DNA of 40,986 nt, taken from positions 62,001-102,986 of the forward strand of contig JAPEUG010000010.1 of assembly GCA_026025795.1 (NCBI GenBank), read 5' to 3'. The stretch is from Thelocarpon superellum. Its lineage: Eukaryota. A program made the translations under genes and the position numbers. The notes below the pieces were generated by a model. The model worked only from the letters and a program-made list of their open reading frames with translations, had not been told where the DNA came from and did not search any database. Positions 1-9,663 of the stretch are shown here, piece by piece; within the stretch, counting starts at the first letter, position 1, and the number at the start of each line of letters is the position of its first letter.

Positions 1-2
1 CC

Positions 3-446
3 TGGCCGCGCACCTCCAGACCCTGGGTCAATCCTGCACGGGGCGTCGAGACACACACGGAGACCGCAAAAGCAAAAGCCAACTGCGAGGACATCATGGT
101 GATTGGATCTGCGTGGACAGGCACCCGCCCTGCTGCCCACCGCTCCACCCGACCCACTCCATTCGGGCGTGGGCCTCGCCGACGACGGCCTACCCTCCAA
201 CCGCACCACAGCGGGGGACCTTTGACGGGCGCAATGCCTGCCGGCCAGGTCTACAACCCCGGACCGCCTCTACCGGGCCCTGATTCCCTGATCAGAGGAT
301 CGATCGCGATGCACGTCTTTGACGTGGCGGAGCTGCCTCGAATTTACCAGCACCAATCCGCGATGGCTGCCCTCCCACCCTCTGCCACGGCAGCGCCTCG
401 GCCACAGACAATGGGCGCGCCAACGCAAAATGCATCGTCGGCCTGA
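3..446 (+). CDS. possible 3' end of a Pro/Ala-rich ORF running in from the left edge (uncertain)
   Basis: The frame is open from nt 3 to TGA at 444-446. The translation is low-complexity with no recognisable motif, so it may be non-coding. Confidence 0.2.
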   Translation, partial: WPRTSRPWVNPARGVETHTETAKAKANCEDIMVIGSAWTGTRPAAHRSTRPTPFGRGPRRRRPTLQPHHSGGPLTGAMPAGQVYNPGPPLPGPDSLIRGSIAMHVFDVAELPRIYQHQSAMAALPPSATAAPRPQTMGAPTQNASSA

Positions 447-482
447 GTATACGGAGGGGTAGGGGATGCGCACTCGCGTCTT

Positions 483-515
483 GCTCCTCGCTCCTCGCTC
501 CTCGCTCCTTGCTCC
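483..515. repeat. (GCTCCTC)n heptamer microsatellite
   Basis: Three perfect GCTCCTC units followed by degenerate copies. Confidence 0.8.
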
Positions 516-1306
516 AGACACTGTGCTTCTGGCCCCTCCACCCCTCCCTCGCGCTCTCCCTCGCGCCCTCCATCCCCGTCACTTCCGATCCTCCCTCACC
601 CCCCCCCCTTCCCCCACCCAACACTGCCCGGGCGAAGCGAGCGCCAGGGTCTCGTGTGGGCTCCCGCGGTCTCCGCCGTCGGGACTAGTCGATGAACATG
701 CAGATTTCCCTACTTAGGCGCCAGTTTAGGCCCATGGCGTGTGTGATGGCACACTATTGGCTCCGCTCTGCTCTTGCCTAGCCCGACTTCTGCGCGTGGC
801 TTGTGTGCGGCTCTGCGGCCCTCGCAGTGCAGCCACTCGCCCGCCGGATGCCGAATCCGGTGTATCGGATCCACGGGCCCAGGGAATGATGCAGCCATGG
901 ATCTCTGGGCCTATGGACCCAGAGCCCCAGGCCCATGTGATGAGGTGAGATGGCGCACCTCGTACCATCCGAGTACGCCTCTTCGGAGAAAGTGCGTTGG
1001 CCGCCAACGTGCTCCGCAGGTCCCCCGCTGCGGTGATAAAGGAGCCTGGGCCGGACTTTGCCATGTTTTGGTCCTCTGAGTGCGCAGAGCTACGGGCAAA
1101 TTCTATGATTCAGGCGCTGAGACATCTCCACCTTGCTGTGCTCGTTCGCTCGCTCTCTGCGCGTCCTCGGTGCTCTCGTGTCTGAGCTCGGGTTGGTGCT
1201 GGTGCTCTCAATCGCCCACCCCACCGTTGCTATCTCGCGCGTGGTGTCTCCGTCGACTTGATCTCGTGCAGCGGTCGTGCGCCTGACGAGACATTGAGCG
1301 CAACGG

Positions 1307-1387
1307 GTAAGACGTCCGTTGTTTCCCTCATTTCCCTCAATTGACCCCGCATTTCCCAAATCCCGTCCGGCCGCTGACGATGTGCAG
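1307..1387 (+). other. probable 5'-UTR intron of the C2H2 gene
   Basis: GTAAGA donor at 1307, pyrimidine-rich body, GCTGAC branch at 1373-1378 and TGCAG acceptor ending at 1387, upstream of ATG 1461. Confidence 0.6.
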
Positions 1388-1460
1388 GAGCCGTTGCGCC
1401 ATCTACCACCCGAGCAGTCGCCGCGTGCATTGTCGCCAGCATACAAGCTCGGCCAAGGCT

Positions 1461-3234
1461 ATGGAATCATCGTCCACCCAGCTGTTCAGCGATCTTCCCG
1501 GCGTGCCCATGGATGACTACGGTCCACCGGAGCCGGGCCCATGCCCGTGTCCAGAATGGGGAGATGACCGTGGGACAAATTGGAGTCCACTCAATCCGGG
1601 ACATGATCATTCCTCCTTTGCAGGAGTATCGTTTGCTCGTCCTCCGGTCCAAGAATTCGACAGTCTGCACCGCTTTCTGGCCGGCCAGGAAAAAGTGTCG
1701 TGGTCGGCCATCTTCCCGCCCGGTGGACACTTAGAAACGCCCACGTACAAGGCGGACTTCGAGCATCCACCTCCCCACGACCGTTACACGGTCATCGATG
1801 CTCTCCCCTTCTTCCATGGACGGTATCGCGAAGGATCGCCACCTTCCTGGCATGAAGACCAATCCTCACTCGAAAAAAGCCCCTCCTCCACCGGTAGCGT
1901 GTGGAGCCCGGCCACGAGTGAAGGAGATTGGGCTCACAGTAGGTACTGCCAGATGCCGGAGCATCAAGCCACGGGTCCCTCATTTCTGCCCTTGGGATAC
2001 TCGCACCTCTCCGTGGGACAGCAGGGACGACCAGTCCGGTCCAAGGTCGGCTCGTTCGTGGATCCTCGACATGTGTTGCAACACCCGGATCCCATCCAAC
2101 CAATATACCAGCTTGAGGACGTTCAGCCGGAGCCAGTATTTCCAAGACCAGAGGTACTTGAAAGGCCGGTTCATGTTTCTTCGACACCGAGCTTCCCTCC
2201 AGCGACAGCGCGCCGCCGAAGGACAGAGCAACCTCGCATACCGGAACAGCCTCAAGTGACTCAAGTCCCTCGAAGTGAACCCCAGGCACGAACCAGACAA
2301 CGGATGACGAGGGCAAGGAACGGATCCAAGGAACCGGCCGTGACCGTAGCATCCAGCCCACAAAAGCCATGCCGAATCGCCAAGAGCACGCATTCCAAAG
2401 GCCTCACATGCCCGCACCATGCAACACGAAAGTTCAAAAATGCGTCAGAACTGAAGTACACCTCTCGTCACCGTCAGCCCTTACAAATGCTGACAGCGTC
2501 GCAGAAAACACATGCAGACGGCGCACACGCGCCCGTTCCGATGCATCTTCGCGCCCTACGGCTGCGACGGGACCTTTGGGTCGCGCAACGAGTGGAAGCG
2601 GCACATCAACAGCCAACACCTCTGCCTTAGCTTCTGGCGCTGCAATCTTGGCACATGCACCAGCGACCCGGAGCGGCCCAACCTCTTCAATCGCAAAGAC
2701 CTCTTCACGCAGCATCTGCGCCGAATGCACTGTCCAGTCAAGAAAGGCACCAAGGGGCCTGAATTGACGCAGTGGAATGCCACCTTGGACGCCGTGCGCC
2801 ACCGGTGCTTCGTCGTGCGTCGCGACCCGCCGCCTCGCAGCGGCTGCGGCTTCTGCAACAAGGTCTTTGAGCATGATGGCGGCTGGGAAGAATGCCTCGA
2901 GCACATCGGACGCCACTTTGAGAATAAGGCTGAGGCGGAGGCTCTCAGTGCTGCTGGCGGCGGTGGGTGCTCCTCTCCTACACCATCAACCTCGTCCACA
3001 TCAATGGAAGCGGGCCTAGAAGCAAGGGAAGATCCCATCCTCCGCGCCTGGCTGATCGACGAGGGGTTGATCGGGTGGAACGAGGCGGGCACGAAGATGG
3101 TCGTGCTCGTCAAGGGGTGTGAGGACGCACTCGCTCTTGGCAATGACGCCAATGAAGGAGAGAGCCGATCCCACCCACAAGACGAAGATGACGAAGATGC
3201 TGATGCTGACGCGGAGGGAGAGGAGGCGACTTAG
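1461..3234 (+). CDS. C2H2 zinc-finger protein, probable transcription factor (~574 aa, 2 exons)
   Basis: Exons 1461-2455 and 2505-3234; intron 2456-2504 (GTACAC...GCTGAC...GCAG). The join gives FKNASELKKHMQTAHTRPFRCIFAPYGCDGTFGSRNEWKRHINSQH. Further fingers: CNLGTC...FNRKDLFTQHLRRMH and CGFC...LEHIGRH. Acidic C-terminus. Confidence 0.85.
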
Positions 3235-3430
3235 TCCCTGCTTCCGCCTGCTTGTTTTTTCCCCTATGACTGCCCACTCTACATGGTTCTACACATTGAT
3301 CTCTGTCGACGTTTCCTCTTTTTCCTTGTTCTCCCTTGGTTCTCGGTTCATTGTCAATTGATCCGATTTCGTTGGGCACGGTACGGTTCCGTACGGGACG
3401 GAGCGAATCTTGAATTTATCGCGACTTGAT

Positions 3431-3530
3431 ACGGTGTGGTGTGGTATGGTATGATATGGTATGGTATGATATGGTATGGTATGATATGGTATGGTATGGC
3501 ATGGCATGGTATCATATAGTGTGGTATGAT
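3431..3530. repeat. (ATGGT)n pentamer array with a higher-order 15-bp unit ATGATATGGTATGGT
   Basis: About 20 pentamer variants (GTGGT/ATGGT/ATGAT/ATGGC); the 15-mer repeats three times at 3451-3495. Confidence 0.9.
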
Positions 3531-3748
3531 GCCGTGAATTGCTGTTCTTTGCGTATCTTTGCTCTGCGGTTCATTTGCTTTGCTTCGTTGTTGTTGAAAA
3601 GGTTAGGAAAGGTAAGTGAGTGTTGGGTGTGCAGACAAACAGACAGACAGACGGGAGAAGGAGAAGGAGATCTTGACGGGATGAAGTATCAGCAGGAGGA
3701 ACCTGAAGAAAATCAGTCCGTCCTCCATGGACGGGACGAGTTATTGAT

Positions 3749-3828
3749 GATGGATGGATGGATGGATGGATGGATGGATGGATGGATGGATGGATGGGTG
3801 GATGGATGGATGGATAGATGGATGGATG
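3749..3828. repeat. (GATG)n tetranucleotide microsatellite, ~20 units
   Basis: Near-perfect GATG run with two variant units. Confidence 0.95.
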
Positions 3829-4450
3829 ACGATTCGGATTTGAGCGATTCTTTCGAAGCGCGGATGAAAGGAAAGAAAGGACAGGCAGGGCAGGCACGAC
3901 AGGCACGACAGGGAGGAAAAGGAGGATTTAATAGCCGTCTTATCTGTGTCCATCGTCTCTTGATTTTTTCTACACATGTCCGTGTCGATCGGGACCGGCA
4001 TTGAATGAGATGAGCCAGGGAGAATTTCAAACGATTCGGTTCAATCAATCAAACAATCAATCGAGGAGCCGGACTTTCGAAATCTATACATTGCTGGTCT
4101 TTCCTTAGTGCCCGCCGCCTACCTTACCCTACCCTAACCTGCCATACCCTTGCCCTCCCTTGCCGCTCCCGGTCCTCCCATGTCCTTCCTGTTTTATGCT
4201 ATCCCGTTCTATACGACCATACCATGCTGTCCTGTCCTGTTCCGCCCCGCCGTCCTGCCATGCCGTCCTGTCCTGTCCGAATGAGTCTTCCGGCCCTTCC
4301 CTCGACCCTGTCCATATTCCATGCCCCGCCTTCCCTGCTCTCCGTGAACACAAGAAATCCATAGTTGATTCACCTGTACTTTCCATCACTCCTTTTTCAC
4401 TGCCTTCTCATCCACAACTGTTACCCGTCCTCACCCGGCCCGTCCTACGC

Positions 4451-7001
4451 CTAACGACGACGTTGCCTCCCATGCTCACTCTTATATCGTGTCGATGGAA
4501 TAGGTTGGCCAGGATATTCCGAGGATGTCGACGCTCGAACGCGAGCTCGACCTCGAGATATGACACTGTCGTCTTCCTCGTCCCCACTTCGTCGATGATG
4601 AGCCCCTTCTCGTTCACGCGCTTGTTCACGGCGATCGTAATCAACGTGACGTTCGCGATCCTGGTAGACCGGCTCGCGGTGGACTGCCTCACGCCGGACA
4701 GGATCCCCGTCATGACCACGATTACGATCATGACCACCGCCAGGAAAATAGACAAGCTCGCGCTCGGACAAGTGAGGCGCAAGGTGTACCTCCCGCATCA
4801 AACTCGTAATCTCTGGTTCGGGATGATGTGCGCGCGCAGCGATGTATCGTGCTTGACTCGGATGGATCCATGGCCCAGCAGAACGAGGGGGCGAGGGAGC
4901 GCGAAGATCCTGAGGCTGGAGTCGCGGAGGCTGGAGTACCTGAGGCGGCCCACAAATTCCATGACGGTCCGACTCTACAACCGTCAGTTTATGGTGCCAG
5001 TAATAGAGGGAGAGACATACCCGGTGCACTATAGCTTTCATCCACCTCACGTCTTCCCGCTCCGTCCATCTCCGGTGATCGGTACCTTGCCAGACGCCGA
5101 AGGCGAATGGGGCTCGTCCGCCTCGACACTGATACTCTCGACGTTGATGGTCTCGAGCTTGGCGCCTTCGGGCTTGGCCACTTCGCCATAGGACTCTCAA
5201 ACATGACATTTCGTGACGCATGTTGACCACCAACATCTGCCAACTCACTCTCCCAATCCGTCTCTCGTACCACCTCCGTCTGCTCTTCGACGACATATGC
5301 TCTCGATGGCAATGGCGTAGACCGAGGAGCCCGTGGATATTCATGGTCGGAAATCTCGCAGGACTCATACCCGTCACGAAAGTGAACATGTCCCGGGAGA
5401 TCCTCAGGCGCCCCGTGCCGACCCGTTTGAGTCGGCGGATATGATATCCCTGCGCCATGACTTGACAGAGATCGTGCGACCGGAGGTACACTGGTCGATC
5501 GAGCTTCATCTCTCCTTCGTCTCTCCCAGACGTCGTCCTCATGAAACTCTCGAGCGACCCGGCGAGTCCCGCGAGGTCTCGCCATCACTTGCACTCTCTC
5601 GCCCCGCTGAACCACTCGTGGCGTCGCCGTGACTCGTCCTCTTTCCTCCCGATGATCTCGAATCACCTCGCGTTCGTACCTGGTCGTACCGGGCGGTACG
5701 CGAAAGCTGGCGATGGGTGGACTTCGAGGACGAGGTTCATAAGAGACCTCCCGAAAGATGGGTCGCGTGGGTGGACCTCGCGATGAGCGTCGGTATCTAT
5801 GTCGGATGTTATTGCTTGCGCTTGAGGTGGAACTGGCCCTCGAGCTGAGACTGGACCTAGCTCGTCGAGCCAATCGGCCGGCACCAGTGGATCGCTCTTG
5901 TCGCTCATACAGGTTCGTCCCACCTTGATATTCATTGGAGATCTGAATCGAGATCCGCCGCCTTTCCTCGTCATGGCTGCGAGATGTCATTCGAGCTTCA
6001 TGGCGATTATAAGGACGTCCGTAGGTTTGATCCTCTTCCATCGGAGATTGACTCCGAGCGCGGCTCTTCCCCTTCCTCCGTGCCGAGCGAGGATTGCGAC
6101 GTCGACCCTTCTGTCGCTCATTCGATACCTCGTCGTCGCTTTCTCCCTCGCTGGACGTGACATCCCTAATGCACTTCCGACAATAGTTGGGCCCTGTGTC
6201 GTCATGGGACGAGGCGCGGCGATAATGATAGCTGTACGAGCGAATCTTTCCGCAGCCAGAGCAGATATGCTGGATCGAGGCGGTAACGTACCTCTCTGAA
6301 GAGCGAGACTCGGGCCGGATGGCCATCTGCCGCGAATGCCGCGAGCTGGACGAGCGGCGAGATTGCGGTGCCTCTTCGATGAGTCGTTGCGTGACGATGA
6401 TTTGCCGAGGTTCCGACGGCACGGTTGCTGCTGGGATAGCCGTGGCTAGAGAGGGTGCCATGATCGCCGGGGTGGCCGCCGCGGCCAGGGGTGGAACCTC
6501 GATGACGGCGGGGATCGGAGCCGGGGGTAAGGTCGCTGCGTCGGGTTCGATGGCTTGCTCAAGGACAACCTCCTCGACGACGACCGGTCTTACCGGCTCC
6601 GGGGTTGCCACGGGAGCTGGCGCTGCGGCGACTGGAGCTGGAGGTGCCACCATGTACACCACTTGGGGTTGAGCGACGGGAGCGACGGTCGGCGGGACTG
6701 GGACATCGCGCCGTACGCTGCTCTTAAACACCGCATCGGCCAGCATCCCAAGACCCAAGCCAATGTGACGCTTTTCTGGTTTCTTGCGGACCATGACCGG
6801 TCTTCCCGTGGAACCCTTTTCGATGTAAACCCTGCCGGGATCCATCGGGGGAGGAGCTGGCGGCGGGACGGGGACGGCACTGCCCGCAGTCATCTTGGAT
6901 TAGGACGATGACGAAGCGTGTGGTGAAACAAAAACTCACGCTACAGCGACAACGGGCGCGGCCGATGTTGCCGCGCTCCCGGGTGGAGGTGGAGCACTCA
7001 T
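4451..7001 (-). CDS. hypothetical protein, Pro/Ala-rich N-terminus and Arg/Ser/Glu-rich body, one CxxC...CxxC motif (~814 aa, 3 exons)
   Basis: Exons 7001-6940, 6879-5021 and 4974-4451. Introns 6939-6880 (GTGAGT...CTAAT...CAG) and 5020-4975 (GTATGT...CTGAC...TAG) join the 634-aa and 363-aa ORFs in frame. Motif HICSGCGKIRSYSYH...NYCRKC. Confidence 0.7.
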
Positions 7002-9663
7002 GATCGGATCGATCAGCGTGGAAGGGTCACGCCCGGTTGAGGGATGTTGGGTTTGAGGTGTGATCCCGTAGGCCTCCGCCCGAAGATAAAAGGATCACGA
7101 GAAAGTGGGTTGGATATGCTGCGACCACGAGTGCACAATCGATGTGAGCGACGACGCGGTCACCGGGTCGAGACGGTGAATCTTGCCTGCGAGATATGGG
7201 ACACATGGCAAGCAGGGGACATGAGCACGCTTCGGAAAGTTGGAGACTCGGTCAAAGCAGATTATATGGGAAGAAATGGTGCACGTCACGCATGCCCATG
7301 GCTACTTCCTCCTTCCTCCTCCCGTGTCTGGGAAGATGGGATGAAAGCCTTGGCCCAGCCAGACCCTCCCTCGCCCTCTCCCCCACCACCTTGTAAACAT
7401 TGAGCCTCACTTGGCGACGCGGCTTGGAGCGAACCTGCCATCGAACCGGGCGTTGGGCCACCGTCTGTGCGCATCTCACCGCCACTTCCTCTGTGGTCGT
7501 TTTGAACGAGTCAAGCAGTGGCCAGGTAACGCTCTCTCATTGGGGGTTTGACATGCAGCAGAACCGAATAAGTGATGACCATGGGTCCCTCGACGTGGCC
7601 AAGACCGCGTCGACGAGCAGGCCACCACCAGCTCGGCAAGCGAGTCGCGAGGCACGGGGTTGTGTCCAAACTAGTAATTTGGACACAACGCTGGGAAAGT
7701 AAAGGTAACACAGTATGTTGGATTCAAGGTGAAGACAGCACCGGCAAGCAGGCTTCCACGATTCGAAGACTTCATCTCTGTGTATCGCTCGGCTCCACCT
7801 TGTCCCTCAGTCATGGTGAGCAGAGACGCAAGAGTCACACTTCTAATGTTGTTCGTGTTGGTGGTTGGGGCCGTCATCCACAGCGCCATTCGCGGCGCCA
7901 TCGACGGCGCCAGACACGGGCCGTTGTGGGGGTCGTAGATGCGTGCAATAGTTGGTGTCAATCACACGCATTCGTTCGATCCGACAAAGTATGTCATGCA
8001 CAGCAAGCCCACCTAACATGTTTCCCACACTGAATCTGGGGATGCGGTGGATTCTCGGTCTGAGCACAAACAGCTGGTGGCAATTCTGATGTCTCACATG
8101 GAAAGGACACTTTAGCTCACCCAGGCTGGAATTCGACCGCCAAGGCCACGTTGTGGGTCGTCCCTATTCCTCCCTCTACTACTACTATGTGCGTAAGGAT
8201 AGACCTGCCCGGGGTCACGAAATGTCCAAATTGCGCGTAGGATCTCCCAACCACCGTTGATCCAATTGTGGGACCACAACTGCGAGGATGATTCTTCCTA
8301 CTCCGGCTCTGAGTGGCTTTAATCCCACTCTGTTATCACCAACTCTTCGCTAAATGTTGCCCTACGAAAGAGCAACCCCCAAGGAATCACTTTGGACAAC
8401 GAGCCGATCGAGTCATGCGTGGGATCTCCAGATCCGAGTCGAAGGAGATATGTCTGCTGGGCAAGAATGATATATACTGAGGCTGGGGTGCGGTTACCCG
8501 TCTGATCGTCGTCATGTGTCGTAGCTTCGCCGTGGGATCGTGCGAACGCCGACATGGGCACTACCCCGCATTCTAATGTGCTTATTACCATGCGTGTTGG
8601 CGGTCAATTGGGCACTACTTGTGAGCTGCTCCTGTTGTGCAACGTGAGGCTCCAAGTAGTAGACGAAGGGTTGCGTATCTGCCGAAGATAGTATCTTTCC
8701 TCTCCAGGTATGATCACCCGCTGGCCCGTCGCGAGTTCGGTGGTACGGAAGGACCAGCACAATAAAACGGACTTGCCTCGAGAAGAGGCTGCAGCAAAGG
8801 CTTCAGTCCGAGCGGGTATTGCTGTTCGCTCATCCCTATTGATTCCCTCCGTATGCCGAAGGTCTCGGAGCCCTGTGTGGGTTGATACACTTATGATTCA
8901 GCTGCCCGAGAGGGGATTTGAGTCTGCCTACGTGAAGGCGATTTTTAAATTCCTTTGTTGGTGATCGAGTTGTCGATCTGTTGAGGTGCTGAATTGCTGG
9001 TAAATGTGGCGTAGGAATTACTGCGGCATCTAAGATACTTCTTCGACACCGCTCCTACCATCTGTTTCTACCAAAGCAGTGATTCCGAATCAGGAACACT
9101 TGAGGCGGTTTGTCAAGGTGCGCCCCTGGTGCGGAGTACGGCAGCCAAACCAACGGAAGTCGGCTAGGGCTATTAACCTCGACCAATCATGAAAGAGCAG
9201 TTGCGTCATTCGTCGCCTCCCGTTGAGACCACCGGCCCATTTGCAGTTGCCATCCTTCCTGCCATCCCAATGGGCGGTGCCACCATCTAGTGCCGTAGAA
9301 GATCATGACCGCGCAAGCTTAACGCATGACCGCTCAAGCTTGAGCTCTAGACCTTGTCCGGTCACGGTCAATTCCCCTATCACCGGGTCATGACAATTCG
9401 TTCCTTCCCGTGGTGCCTGGGCATTACGTCGTTTCCTGCTCACCTCATGGCGCGTCTAGTGTCGTGGGCCACATCAGCTGTGGTACACGTCTTCACTCCC
9501 GGAATGGGCCACCAGCGTCAAGTCTGACGTCGGCCTTTCCCCGCATTTTTTTCGGCATGGTACTCGGCTCGGGTGGAAACGGATTAAATCTCTGTTCTGC
9601 CCTTGCTCAATCGTGCCCAGATGGCATTGAGTCCGCATTGACGCGCCACCCATCTCTTCCGCG

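Noticed and set aside
3289..4048. ORFs with (YHTIP)n, (WYDMV)n, (WMDG)n and (HPSI)n repeats
   Set aside because: These are translations of the ATGGT and GATG microsatellites; such repeats lack stops in several frames.
4120..4140. Telomere-like CCTTACCCTACCCTAACC (also TTAGGG at 40201)
   Set aside because: Only one perfect hexamer at each site, which is expected by chance.
4160..5191. 343-aa plus-strand ORF
   Set aside because: Antisense shadow of the minus-strand gene plus pyrimidine-rich 3' sequence. It has a non-ATG start and no motif.
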